Assembly: GCA_000708835.1 (NCBI GenBank)
Contig: DF237049.1
Coordinates: 124,001-188,000, forward strand
Reading direction: 5' to 3'
DNA from: Klebsormidium nitens
Lineage: Eukaryota > Plantae > Klebsormidiophyceae
DNA: 64,000 nucleotides
Shown here: positions 1 through 13,500 of the stretch, piece after piece
Numbering within the stretch: position 1 is the stretch's first letter
How the letters are laid out: the number at the start of each line of letters is the position of its first letter
Notes under the pieces: model-generated
Seen by the model: the letters and a program-made list of their open reading frames with translations, nothing else
What the model was told of the DNA's origin: nothing
The model's database searches: none
Made by a program: the position numbers and the translations under genes

Positions 1-3000
1 CCGCAGAGCACCTCTCGCTCGTAGAAAACAGTACCGGCAAAAACCGCACCATCAGCAGCTGGTCCGCGCTGCTGAAGCGCCTGATTGCGCTGAAAGAGGG
101 GGACGATGCGCAGCGTCTGGGGCGGCACGACCACCGGCGCGTCTGGCTGGCGGAGCAGCGCCTGCTCAAAACGCTGGGCTGGGCGGCGCGCCTGCGGGAG
201 ACGCTCGCACGGTTGTTTAGCTGGCAGGGCCTCGTGCTCTTTGGCGCCTTTCTCCTGGCTGCGGTGTCCATCAACCTTGCATGGAGGCCGCAGGCGAAGA
301 TCGTGACAAAGCCCGTGCAGTACAGCACGTTCCTGCAGGAGGTGAGGCACGGCTGCCAATGGCGTCGTTAGTCTAGGGACAGTAGTGAGATTCCAGTGCA
401 TCAACATCATGCATGGAGAGATGTCAGGATCTTGTGGAGCGTTGGGCCAAAGTAGAAATCCGATTGTTCAGAACAGAACTCAAAAGCCAAGATTGGGAAG
501 TTAAGGGTTTGTGCAGGTGGCCATCAAAGGGTTGGGCAATTCATCAGTTTTTCCCCCTGTCTCGCAATCAGGCCCTCAGGCAAATGGCTTTGAGAAAGAT
601 CTGTTGACTTTGCATGATGCAGGTTAATTGTACAGCGATTGTCTTGTACAGCTCATGAACAGGTGAAAGTCGTTCTGAAGAGAAGTGCCTCATTCTACTC
701 ATGTTGGCTGAAAGAAGTTGACGTTTCTTGGCAGGTGGAGAAGAAGAACGTCAAGGTGGTCAATTTTGAGGAGCAGTCTCGGAAAATATACTTTGCACTG
801 AGGGATGAGGACGAGGCATTCCGAGCGCAAAGGGAGGCGGGCCAAGAAAAGAAGGTGAGCAGGCAGTAGAACCCAACTGTCGATTCTCTCGGCCATGCTT
901 GCAGAGCCACGTGCTTTACCCCCCTCTTATTAGAGACAGTCCTGCACCCATTTCAGCAAAGCCTCTTCTGTCGAACAGATCTCTTGTTCGTTGGGTGTCC
1001 GGCTGTGCCCTTTGTAATTATGGACAGAAGAACCAAATGCACCAGTGCTTGGCACTCCCAGCTCTGCGCGTTCGAGCGCCCATACGGGGAGTTCTCACTG
1101 GCTTACACATGCCTGGCAGGACATCATTGACAAGGGGTTCCTGAAAATCTCTGTGGAGAGGACTGTGGCCAGCCCTCCCCGCCCTGCCCGGTACCTGACG
1201 CGCCGGGTGGAAGGCGACATGAAACTCATCGAAAAGCTGCAGGTAAGAAGTAGATAACGTCATGGATGGCCTTCCTCGGACGTCTATAGAGAGCTGAGCC
1301 TTGAACACAGGCATGCACGTGTTGTACAGCCGGAAAACTGATCAGGAATGGAGATGGGCGTAAGTACAAGGTTGCCCAGTCTACTGCGACTTCTGTCAGG
1401 AATAGCCCTCAGGTCTTCCTGGGCAGAACCCTGTGTCCCTGTCTTCTTTGCAGGCCAGCGGCGCAGCATTCCGGTCGGTCCCCCCCTCGTCTCTGGACGG
1501 CATGCGCACGGCGCTCTTCACAATGGTGGCCATCTACGTGCCGCTCATCCCGCTTTTCATCTTTGCGCGGCGCCAGCTCATGGGGCGTGCCACCAAGAAG
1601 CGCGCACGCGCGCACGACTCGGCGGTCACTTTCCGGGATGTTGCGGGGGTGGACCAGGCGAAGCAGGAGCTCATGGAGGTGCGGTGGATAAGAGTTTGGC
1701 GCCTTGTGATATTGGTATCACGTTGTTTGCAGCGAGGACTTTCATGCGGTTGGTGCAGGTGCTCCATGGTGGATGCAAATGTCCAGCAACGTGGTTTTTT
1801 TGCAGCCCAGAAGGGGAACACTGCCTCAAGACGTTTTTCAAATGGCCGCGCTGAGATATATGGCTCGCTACTCTACGTGTCAGGATTTCGGAGTTGAAGA
1901 CGTTCTCCGAAGATGCATCGGTGCTGAGTCGTGGCACACACTTATTTCCAGGAAAGTTGCGTCGTGTGCCACTTTTCTCTCCAGAAAGCCTTCCCTTGCC
2001 GTCATGCATTCAAGACGGCGAGAAGGGCCAAGTAGGAGCTATATCGTGCTTGACAACACCTGACCCTTGTAGCGTGGTCTCCAAGCAGTTGGTAAGGTCT
2101 GACGTATGGATGCATTAGCTCTCCTTCGAAGCCGTCTCGACTTGTTTTTGCTTTCTTACGTTCAGGTGGTCCAGTTCATGAAAAACAAGGGCAAGTATCG
2201 CAAGCTGGGGGCGAAGTTACCTAAGGGCGTTCTGTTGGTCGGGCCCCCGGGGACCGGCAAGACGCTGCTGGCGCGGGCCATGGCGGGGGAAGCGGGGGTG
2301 CCGTTCCTCTCGGTGTCCGCCAGTGAGTTCGTCGAAATGTTCGTGGGGAGGGGCGCTGCGCGCGTGCGCGAGCTGTTTGCGGAGGCGAGGTGAGGCGCAG
2401 CCGCCTTTGTGGGACACCGATTGAACCTTGCGACCCTTTCGATGGGGCACGGGAGAGCTTAGTCCAGGGACGGTTCATTTTCGACTTCAAAGCTGGATAG
2501 TGACGGTTCGAAATCATGGGGACCCCGGGACGGAAAGTCAGGTTGACATGGGCGGCTTACCGAGACGCTGTTGTTGGCGAGGGAACCCGCTGGCTTCGTG
2601 GAGCCCCCACGTTCGCTGGCTTCTTGGACTCGAAGGAGGAATCCCGCCAGAGTTGCAGAGCTAGAGGCTGCGAGTTCAGGAAGAGAGGTATGGGGATACG
2701 CACGTCCTGTATTTGTCGTTACTTGATTGACTTTGATTTCCCTGCCATGACCTTGATACGACTTGAGTTTGCCTGTTGGTCCAGGGCGGCCGCTGCCGAG
2801 AGTGCGGGGCGGCGAGGGGCGCGGCCGGGCGCCCCCCGGGAGGCGGGCACGTGTGTCGTCTTCATCGACGAGTTGGACGCGGTAGGGGGCAAGCGGGGGC
2901 TCAGCTCGAACGAGGAGCGAGATCAGACGCTCAATCAGGTGAGGCTTTCTGAAAAGGTCCTCAAAACGTCGGTGTGGCAGGGTTGCGGGGAGCAGACCAG

Positions 3001-4514
3001 ACCTACGTAAGCTTTGGAGGTTGCTTTTCAGATCGGGCATCTTTTCGGCAAAGGCGTAAGAGCGGCCCGTCTTTGTATAGACGTCTCGATCTTCCGACGA
3101 TAGCCTCTGCGTGCCTTGCTTGAAACAGAGCTGCGAACGGCTTTGGTTTACAACTCTGAACGGCGGTGTTCCGAAGTAATGATGTTTATCATCTCATTAC
3201 GCTCTCGACAAGCGACGTTTATGGCAGTTTGTTGCAAAGCATCTGACACGTGCATTGCGATTCCCCAAGCATCCACGCAAGCTCTGCTTGAAATCCGTCG
3301 ACGAGGAGTGTCCTGCATCAGGTTGCCCATGGTGATCTGCTTTTGTTGCGTACTCCTAATCCTTGAGTTTGCTGTGCGCAGCTCTTGACGGAAATGGACG
3401 GCTTCGATGCGGAAGAGGGGGTTCTTGTACTGGCGGCCACCAACCGTGCGGAGGTAAACTTGCCTGCCTCACGGTTTGAAGAACTTCCTCTGAGCTTGCC
3501 TTTGTCCATTGCAAGCACTGCTTTCGGCAACCATTGCTTGCTTGCTGGTCTTGATCGTTGAGAAACGCGCATGCTGTTGGGACGTATTAGCGCCTCTCGA
3601 CCCTGCATCTATTGGACTATTCTGCTTCGGAGCTGTTCAATAACGAGTCCAAAAGTGCGAGTCTGGTGATTCCGACCCCCAAACCTTTTGCCCTTGCGCT
3701 CCCCCAGGTTCTGGACGCGGGCCTGCTCCGGCCGGGCCGCTTCGACCGCAAGGTGTTTGTGGGCGCACCCGACGCGGAGGGGCGGCAGGCGATCTTGGCG
3801 GTGCACATGCGCACCACGCCGGTGGTGGGCGACAAGGGGGCCATCCAGCGCGCAGTGGCGCGGGTGACGCCGGGCTTCGTCGGGGCGGACCTCGCCAACG
3901 TGGTCAACGAGGCGACGCTGCTGGCCATCCGCGATGGCAGGTGAGGCCGGGGGGCCGGGAACAGGGTGGGGGGATTGGGTGTGCGATCCGGGCCGTTGTT
4001 GTTTTTTATCAGTCTTGCCCTTGCTTGTCTTCTGGAATGTTGTGCTATTTCATGGGAGAGGTTTTGCATTGAGTCGGTCCGGGTCAGGTCGTCTGTGGGA
4101 GTGCTCTCGAGAGGTCGAGCAGAAGCGCGAGAGAATTTTGCATTTTGCGCTCTTTGTATCCAACTCGGAGCGCTCTCGCTGATTCCGCACCTGCCATTTG
4201 TGAGTTTGAGCCTTACAGTCCCGGCCTCACCGATGGAGCTCCATGCAGACTTTTGTAGCGAGCTCTTAATGATGAAGGGAGTAACAAGGTTATTTTTCGT
4301 GTGCAGAGAGGTGGTTCAACTAGATGATTTTCTGGAAGCCGTGGATCGCTCTCGGTTCGGTATTGGGCGGCGAAAGGGCCCCATCCAAAATTTGCAGCAG
4401 GGCTTTGGCAGATGGTTGCGAAAGTTGGGCGGGGAGCTGTCTGAAGGTACTGAGCTTGCTGGGGGAGGGGGAGATGGAGGACCTATTGTCCCCAAGGCTG
4501 TAACCATGAATTAG
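1..4514 (+). CDS. FTSHI3: FtsH-family AAA ATPase lacking the M41 zinc-protease domain (FtsHi3-like); 5' end lies outside the window
   Basis: In-phase GT-AG exons: <=7-341, 735-854, 1120-1242, 1454-1678, 2166-2389, 2785-2938, 3382-3453, 3708-3940, 4307-4514. Two TM-like segments, then [12 protein letters not shown], Walker A GPPGTGKT, pore loop FVG, Walker B VVFIDE and [22 protein letters not shown]. Ends [10 protein letters not shown] plus a short tail and TAG, with no HEXXH. This architecture matches plant FtsHi3 as I recall it. Confidence 0.85.
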
Positions 4515-5685
4515 GGCTTCTCAGCTGTCGCTAAGTCAGAAATGACTTGCATCTAGGTAGAAGATCGGCGCATGCGTTCACAGAGGTCACCCCATTGGTG
4601 AATTGAAGCTTTATTGGTTCGACGAATATTGTAGGTTCACGAGGTATATAGATAATTCGTCAACTCGCCACAGCGTACATGTGTGGTTGCTAAATGCAGG
4701 GTTGTTTGCAGCTCGAGAACTTAGGAATTAAATTCCCTGATGTGGAAGTGTGGTGGTGGATCAAGCGCCAGGCTCAAGTTTTCGATGGTAAGGACGCGGT
4801 TACTTAAGCACCGCTGTTTCAATGCACATGTCAATCACATCTTTCTTCGAAATTGCATGCCGGGCCCGCATGCCTGGCTAAACATGTCCAACTTGATTTT
4901 GAGCCAATGCTAAGTTAGCTACACTTGTTAATTGTTTTAATGTCGTTTTATAATTGTCGTTTTAACGTCGCTGTTATAACGTATGTTTTGCCGGAGCATC
5001 CACAACATGCTTGTGCGTGCATACAACGTCTGCTGCGTGGAGGTTCAATGCGCTAGCGGTGCATGATATATCTGGGGCTGCATGCGAAATAGCTAAACAC
5101 TGAAGCTCATGATTTGGAATAACCCAATGCTTGATGCAAGCCTAGGTACGTTTGCCTAGTTGGAGGCAAGCTCACAAACCATTCATTGAATGATTGAACG
5201 TATCATTTTCATGTCAGGCTATAACCCACACCGATCAGATCAAGACCTGCAGTTGATCCAACTGCTGGCGGTCCGAACCCCGGCATGCACTTGAACCAAA
5301 GAACTGCGGACGTTTGCTGTGGTGCCTTTGATTTGCAAACGAAGCCTTGCAACCGCCCCGTGTTGCCATCATGAACGCATAAAGATACGCTGCAATTAAT
5401 CTGCATTTCGCTTGAGTGCATGGCAAAACTTCGCTGAGACGGATAGGCTGCTGCAACCGTTGCGTGTTCTGCACCCGCTGGTGCCCTTACAGAGATTAGT
5501 GTCACAATTCCGAAGTACTCCTTCAAGTTGTCAGAGCTGCTTATAACGGCAACCCACGTCACAGCTACTTAAGCACACAGCATACGGTGGTGCCCCTGGC
5601 CGCTACCATATGAAAGCTGTGTCTAAGCATCGTACGTAGATCAACTGAAACCTCCCCTTTCTCGCCGACAGAGTACCCTGGCGAG

Positions 5686-8673
5686 CTACCTGACTGTGGC
5701 CGACTTTCCAAAGTATTGGGCGAGCCCTTCCGCGGCGACCACCCCGCTCCCCACAGCGCGCGGGCCAGTGCCAGAAGCGATGTGCAACTGGTGCTGCACA
5801 AAACGCTGCGCAGAAACACGAACCGTTCAACAAATATGGACAACACAAATGACGTGCCCTTCGAAGAATCTGCCCAATGTTGCTCTCAAAGCCGTTCTGA
5901 GATGCTCATACTTTACTGAATGATTTGAATGACAAATCCAGTTAGCTTGAACCATGTGGCTGCTGCCATTCCATTCTGGAAAACGACTACACGGAGGACT
6001 TGATTCTATTGCACTTTTACGCATCCCCCACAAATACGGCCGTCTTCCCAGCTCTCTCCATAAGTAGACAACCACTCTAACTCAACGCAACTAGTGTCCT
6101 ATGCTTTTCTGAAACCTTTGAGAGGCCTTTCCAAATCATTCTCCTTAGTGCCGGTCAGGTTCAAGGAACTTGGCTCAAGCACACACCGACACGTTACCCC
6201 CCGCTTGACAGCTTGTCAATCAGCGAACTTCAAAAGATGACCTCTACGGCTCCTCTTTGTAAGCACTCCTTTTGCTGAACCCAAATACCTAGCCGGGTTA
6301 TCAGACATGAAGTTGCAAACAATGTGTTCATGCAAGAGAAGGGCCAACATACCGCAAGCTGCTTGATGATGTCTGCAGATGTGTCTACGTGCCAGTCTGG
6401 TTCAAGTTGCCGAACAAATGAAGCTCGGCCCTGAGGTGTACTGCAAAACAGAACCTGCAGCATAGAAGCAGCACGTCTTTGACAGAGTACAAGATCTAGT
6501 CGTAACAAATACGAACCTTGAACCATCCCGTGCGAACGGGTTGTAAGAGCAGAATATGTGAGGCTTTGTAAACGGGCAAAAACCAGGGGAGCAGACTCCC
6601 AGAAGCTGTCCTCAAGTATGAAGTCACGAACAATGGTGAAGCAGGATTCTTGAATTGTCAGGGTCATCGACCCCCTTGTCCGATGTGCTTGCTGTTCACG
6701 TTGGGTGCTCAAGTGAGTTCCTCAACATATCTACTGAACATGTTCCTGACCTTGTCTTTGTTCACGGCCCCATGAGCAAACAGCCCCGCAGACTCGAGCG
6801 CCGACATCACTGCAATCTCGCTGGTGTCATCGAGGCACTGCGTGACAAGGTACAGGTCGCATGCCTTGCTCAACTCCTTCACCACCTCTGCAGCCCCCGG
6901 GCGCAAGGTGGCTCCGTTTTCCTGCACCAGAGCACTGTGCTGAGCCACCAGCACCGATATTTGGGCCCCTAGTCCAGAAGGCTGCAAGCTTCTCGACACT
7001 AAGCTCAGGACTTCGGTTCGGGCTAATCTGCCTGATTGGAGTGCGGCAATAACCGCCAAAGCTTCGCCCTGAGCCCCATTTTGCCAGCCCGATGTCAGTC
7101 AAAACTACGCAAGCATAAAAGGATAGACTCAGACGCAAAGGCACACCCAAGTGAGCAACTGTCAAGAGTCGCGGGCAGCATTGATACCACTGATCAAGCC
7201 TGATTGGCGGGTTGAGCACCATTGAACTATGCCCTTCCAGAACTTTCGTAGGGAAGGGCTGCATCAATCCAATCGAGCCTAATTGCACCAGTTCGTGCAT
7301 CCTGATCTGGGTTAGTGCATCCTCAGCGGGTTCTGAAGTTCGCAATGATTCATATGGCTTCAGTGTCGATGTTTAGCCCTCAGGAGCCGAAAAAAAAATC
7401 CCAAAAGGCTGTGAACATCGTAAACCTGCTTGTCAGCATTCAATGATCAATCTGAACAACCACCTCGAAGATTGATTAACAGAAAAACCATAAAGAAGCC
7501 AGCCATTCGTCTGGATGAAAGGCAAATGATGCGCTTGACCTTCCGGCAGGGCACAGCTATTTGCTCATCCACTCACCTGCACTTCTTCTGGGGATGTTTC
7601 CGTGAAGAGCACTCCTAGGGTGGTTAGAGTCATCCGCCGGCTCCCTTGCAGACGATGGTGAACCGACTGTGCCAATGTCATCTGCATCAGGGCAGCTTCT
7701 GTTGACACTAAAACACGGGCATCCTCTGTTCCCCAAATGATGCAACCAGTCTGACTTGCAATTCTGTTGTTGAGACTTGTGCTTTGAAAACCTCGACCGT
7801 TTGGGCACTACTTGATAGCACGTTACGCAGCTCAGCACATGAGCGAATCGCCCAGGCCGCCAACCTTTCATAATGGGGAGCAAAATTAGGCAGTATACTA
7901 TCACCCTAACGAGCCTATACATCAAGTGGTGCACCAGGGTTTCGGCAAGTAGCTCAAACCACAAAGATGACCCCTGTCCTTAGACCCTAAATCCGCCCCC
8001 AAGGTGCCAGTGTAGGTGGCAGGATTGCAGCCCTCAGACCTCAGCCATCAGACTCAACGCACACTTACTTGCGCAGGTTGGGTTTGCACAGTCTGCTCTA
8101 CGCCCTTGCCCCGGTGCGTTGCTTGTGTTGCTGAATGAGAGACCCCAGATGCACGTGCAAAGTGAGATTCAGCTTCGGGAGGGAGCCTGGACACGCCCTC
8201 ATGCTTTCGCAAACGTGGCGAGTCTCGACCCTTGCCAATGTATCTCCAGGCGCAGATAATAGCAAGTGCTAGACCAGCCACAGCTCCCCAAGAACTTGCA
8301 TTCTGCACATGACAAGATAGAACAGGGTTAGCAATCACCGACGTCCACCACGCAGGCAGCTGACATGCGCATAAAATGCAAAGAGCACCTCGAGCAAGGA
8401 ATATTCAAGACTTGTTCAAGAACAGGCTTGTGAATTGACAGACAATCCTGTCGTGCAATTGGCTAGGAGCTTTTAAGCACAATCTCAACCACCGACCCTG
8501 TCAGCAAGGACTTCGCCGATAGTAGCCGGATGCCGGAGATTATTTGCGGACCACAACAAAAGGCGGAGCTCAAGCAGATTCACCTTGTTTTGGGAGAGTA
8601 CTGCAAGGAGCTTAGAAACCCTGGCAGCTATTACGCCCCCTAGGTCTGCAAGAGCGTTTATCAGATCGTCCAT
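5686..8673 (-). CDS. PEX22: Peroxisome biogenesis protein 22, plant type (membrane anchor of the PEX4 E2)
   Basis: Six phase-0 exons: 8673-8584, 8302-8069, 7681-7577, 6921-6751, 6454-6353, 5805-5686. Motifs: TM GAVAGLALAIICAWR, LGVLFTETSPEEVQ, CDLYLVTQCLDD, VLFCSTPQGRASFVRQLEPDWHVD, RFVQHQLHI. All are recognisable plant PEX22 blocks. Confidence 0.9.
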
Positions 8674-9271
8674 TGACTCCAGATGAATTCAGAATTGCAG
8701 AATTTCGGAGCATGTACACGCTTGATGGCGCAGGATGGCGCAGGTTTGAAGAGTTGCTCAAACTTCCTAGGGACCTCAAGACCCCGCCAAAGTTACTTGC
8801 ACTTCCAAACGCTCCAGGTCCTATTCTGTCCACTTTTCTGCAATCAGCCAAGTTTATCCAGCTCTTTGCAGTGGCACAATATCTACACTCTCAGATCAAC
8901 AGAGTTTTAACCAGTTTCGAAGCACCACCTCCGCAGGACCAGAAGTCTGGACAACCCGACAGTCGCTCCCCCTTTTCTCCCAACGTGAAACTGATGAATC
9001 AAATCTTGTTGTGATTGATAGGGATGAATGACATGTACCTATGATCAAAGTAGCTGAAGCCACCCATGAAATCTGAAAGTCGGACACCCTGCTGCAGCCT
9101 CAGCCTTCAGGCCTTCAAGTTCTTCTGCGAACATTTGGCCGGTCTGCGGGTACGTACCAGGAGGGCCGTCGGCGTCAGGCGGCAGGCTCCGTACGACACA
9201 AACTGAAACAGACCCAAGCAGACCTTACGATGTGAATTCGAAAGCAGATCAACTCTTCGCGAGTACGCTAT

Positions 9272-9470
9272 GTGGCAACTCCCGGAATTGTCTCGTGAGG
9301 GCTTCTAAGGTGCACACTGTAAAGCCCGGGGGATGGGTTGGTTTGATGGGTTTAGGGTGGCTTGGGGTACGGAGTGCGTATTAACATTGGGTTTAAGGGT
9401 TTTAAGCTGAAATGCCCGGGGCTTCTGAATCTTAGGAGGCAAGCCCCTCAGGAGACAAGGGAGCTGCCAC
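9272..9470. mobile_element. Small foldback/MITE-like element with a telomere-like GT-rich core
   Basis: 9272-9309 (gtggcaactcccggaattgtctcgtgagggcttctaag) is an imperfect reverse complement of 9431-9470. The core contains gggtttagggt and gggtttaagggttttaag. No clear TSD. Confidence 0.45.
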
Positions 9471-10513
9471 CGTGGCCATGCACACCACGCCTCCTGTAGG
9501 CTGTGACAGAAGGCGTTTGAGACTACCTACCAAAACATATGGGAATGGTGCTGTAGGTACCGTACCTACTTACATGCTAGGTACGGTCGTCGGTATGTGT
9601 AGACCGTAGGTACCCGCGCTACGCGACAAAAATAGAGCAGCAAATCCGGGCCGGGATAATATCGTGATGAATGAGCAGGATCCCAGATCAAGTGGATTGA
9701 AATCGACGGCTCTACAGGTGTAACATGTGTATATTGCAAGATGTTAACGGAAAGGATTGCTCCAGAGTCCGAAGTGCCCCTTTCTCTTTTCCCGGCGGAA
9801 GTTTTGTCCGCCCCCACACCATCACGGTGCGGCACACGTTCTTGGAACGATGGTCTGCAGACCGTCCCCCTGGTCCTAGCCTGAATTGCCGGAGTCTCTC
9901 TCTGGACTGTACAGACTCCAAACTCGAGAATGTGATGCCATGATGACATAGTGGTCATACGCTCCGAATTTGATCGCAACCGTGGATGCTTTCAAGATGA
10001 TCGATCGAACGAATAAAAAAATGAAACTCAAAAGGAGGAATCCTAACCGGAGACCTTGAACCTGCCCCTTTTTGCCGTCACAGATTTCAACCTTTTGTGT
10101 TAACCCGCTCGCTAACCGCAGCTGTGTCCAGTGCATATTCCCACTAAAACGACAGAGACCATCCGCTTCGATTGAAACGGGTACGGTATTGACTCTGTGT
10201 TCGGCACACTGCACAGGACAGGGCTGGGGGAGTGGTTCCGAGTCCAGTGCATGGCGGTGTCGCCTGCAGCTGCGGTAGACGGCCTCTGGACCTCATGCCA
10301 GGGCTGGAATCAACTTGCAAGTTCTGGGAGCAACGAAGTCGTTCCATGCGGGGCGTAGTACGCTGTGAAGCTGGTCGACTGGGTTGTGACGACATGTGTA
10401 GGGAAGGACGTTTGTGTTCATCAACAAGGTAGTTCATGATTACCGACTTGGCACCAGGTATGTGATGCCCCTGGTGCATCTATCTTATATGGGAATTTTG
10501 AGGCAGTAACACA

Positions 10514-13500
10514 ATGGTAGTCCTTGCCAAAGACTTCTATCGAGTCGCAGCCCCCTCGACTTTGGCAGAAGTCCCGGGAAGAAAATGGTTGAGAGACAAT
10601 GATGAACAACATCTGCAGCCGGCTTATGGCGGTTTCAACCACCGGGCGCGGCATGAAGTTGAAATGCAGGCAGAAGCTTTGGAGATCGAACCCAGGTAAG
10701 AGGTGCCATGGACACAACCATCTGTCCCTGCTGAAGAATATTTTTGGTGTCCATGGTTTACCGCATTAAATCACTTTCTTCTACCATGTATGGCATGCAA
10801 TAACCCCAATTCGAATTGCAAATAGCCTGTTGCTTGTGAATAGCTGGGGACTTTAAGGTCTGGACACTAGTCATCTTTCCTCAGTTTGTTTGTGGTCAAG
10901 CTCAGGTGTACCTCTGCTCAAGCCTATGGGTACAAGTAGAGTGCCTGCAGCATTGCTCGTAAGCTTAATACATGTGCAGACATTTTTGTCAGAGTGGACA
11001 AAGAGTAACCTGGCTGGTTTTGATTGACTTTTTCTGGTGCAGGTGGGGCAAGCATGGTCAATCGAGGAGTTTGAACATTACTCCTCAGTTTGCGGATTCA
11101 AATAGCAGTGCCCCAAGCACTCCCCATGAAGAGGGCGGCAGCGAGGAGAATGCCGACATGGGTCAGGACGGCGACTGGCACGATGCGGAGGATGAGCTGG
11201 AGGGACCCAGCCCCAAGGCATGGAGGTCCAGCACGGTCAGTGTCCGTGGCCCATGTCAAAAGTGGCAGTGGCCTCAGATCCAGGGCTCTCCCAACATTGT
11301 CTGTGCAATTTGTTCAGTTCACACTTCTCGTCTTGCCTGCATCCTGGATCCTGGTGTCTACGAAGCCTGGCTTGTTGCATTTCAACGTAGTACTGGAGGC
11401 TTATCTTTTGTGCTGGAGGTGAGGTTGGCAGACATTAGACACAGTCTTACGATCTTAAATTTCCTTTTTTCTGCCCGGCAGGTATATGCCACTCAGGATG
11501 GTGCACTTGTGGGAGGCCGGGGGGAATTTTCTTTCCCTCAGAGCAGCGGGCATTCTGTTGCATCGGGATCAACGGAAGGGGAGGAGGTGCGGGATGCATT
11601 GCGGTGGCACTCTGAGTCTTCTGAGAGCACTGACTCCAAGTTCCTGAAGGGAGGCCCGCCCGAGGCAGCAGTGCAGGATGCAAACGAGAAAGTCAGAAAG
11701 TGGCGGGGGGAGCACCTCCCGGTGCCAAGTGAGGGGCAAGACACCTTGGGCGCTGCGGGGGGCTCCATTTTGGAGGACGATCCTCAGTCTGTTCTGGAGG
11801 TCGATGCTGAGCAGGCAGTTGAGGGGGAAAGCCGAGAGGACAACGCTGCGGAGGCAGTGCGCTGCACAGGCAGGGAGGAGGGGGGAAGTCCTGAGGCTGC
11901 ATCTCTTCCAGGCAAGGGTTCTCAAGGCCTGGGGGAGGATGCACTGGAGAGCACGGGAGGGGAGGCAGAGGAAGCCGTGGAAGAGCTTCTACCGGATGGC
12001 GAAAGAGCGGGTCTGCCGGACTTGGATCGGCGAAGAAGTGCGGAGAGGCTTAGTAAGCCCTTCGGAAGTTTCATCGAGAGGCCGGTGCTGGTGGAAGAAA
12101 TGGGGGAAAGAGACATGGAGGAACGGGTCAAGCACGAGAGAGGCAAGAAAGAAGCACGGTCAGTAAAAGATGGGGAGAGGGAGAGAAAGGATGCAAAGCT
12201 GGAGAAGAAGGCGAGCTGGAAGAAGAAGGCGTCGGCGCTGTTCCGTAGCGACACGATTCAGAGGATACGCAGTCACCGGCAGCAGGAGAAAGCTAAGGCG
12301 CAGCAGGAGAGTGTCGCTGAGGATGCAGCGGAAGGAGTGCCAGATCCAGGGCGGCCGGTCATTTTGGAACTGTCGGCAGACGGGCAAGTAGAGCTGGGCC
12401 CCGTGGAACCGGTGCAGATGGCAGAGCCGCCTCCTAAGGTTGGGGAAACCATAGGTGAGAAGGAAGGACTCCCCCCCCTGGCGGCAGAACCAGACAGCGC
12501 AGACGGACCCCAGGTCGGGGGCGTGACAATCAAAGTCAAGCATGTAAAGGTGCACCGCTCTGGGGAAGAGGACAAGAAGCCGCACCATGATCATGCGAGC
12601 GCGGTCAAATCTGAGGCGCCCTTGGTCGAGGAGCAGGGACGGCCCGCCCCAAAAGCAGGGTTTGATTTTGAGAAGCGGTCGCGGTCTGTGGAGCGGAGTC
12701 TGCGGAGCAAGTATGCTACGGGAGAGGCTTTTCCCCGGCGGGCGAGCAGCCGCGAGCGGACGCCAGAGAAAGTTCATCGGGGCAGCAGGCGGCATCACCG
12801 AGGGGAGGAGGACCCTTTCAAGAGCCCGCACTTGCGGTATGAGCGGGCAAACGGGGGGGCTGATGTGAGTAGGAGCACGGGGGAGACCGACTTGCGGCAG
12901 GTGCGAGCGAACGGGCTTGTAAAAGAGGATAGCGTGGACTTCCAAGCAATCATCCGCACGCAGCGGGCGGCCTGGGAGAGGGAGAGGGAGAAGTGGCGCG
13001 CAGAGATTGCGGGGCTGCAGGCGCAGCTGGAGCAGGTAAAAGCGGATGGTGCGGGGAGGCAAAATGCATCCGACGGAACAGGGGATGGTCTGGCTGCGCC
13101 GGAGCAGTCAGATTCACCACGGATTCATTCCTTTTCCAGCCCAAAAGTCAACGGGATTGAACAGTCCGTTGATTCAGCCACCTCATCCGAGCTGCCTGCT
13201 CGCTCAAGGGGCAGCCTGGGGAGGTCCGCTGAGGGCCTGCGCGTCTCAGGGGGTTCATTGCACAGCCAGACAGACCCCCTGAGGAGGAGCACGGAAGCGC
13301 AAACAGCCGATCACATGCGTCGCTCGGCTGACCTGCCCCCTTTGGTGGCGTCCACAGAGAGCAGCTCTCTCGCCAGGGGGGTGGAGGCTCTGCAAAGGTC
13401 TGTGAGCGAGCAGTTTAGCCGGCGGTCAACGGACAAGCTGCGGGGGCTGTCGGAGCCGCTGAGGAAGTCCAGCGATGGGGAGGAGAGCAGCAGCGTGGTG

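Noticed and set aside
5209-5562. Minus-strand ORF with SSDNLKEYFG, resembling the PEX22 C-terminus
   Set aside because: The 5805-5686 exon already supplies a better, complete C-terminus, and no suitable acceptor was found here.
8673-9014. 113-aa plus-strand ORF abutting the PEX22 start
   Set aside because: It has no motif or splice support and overlaps the expected PEX22 5' UTR/promoter.
9553-9569. 17-bp palindrome gtaggtac-c-gtacctac
   Set aside because: It is real but too short and isolated to assign a function, and is probably part of the local GTAC-rich repeat debris.
12160-13062. 300-aa minus-strand ORF and neighbouring overlapping ORFs
   Set aside because: These are antisense or alternative frames of the long GC-rich TPR-J exon.
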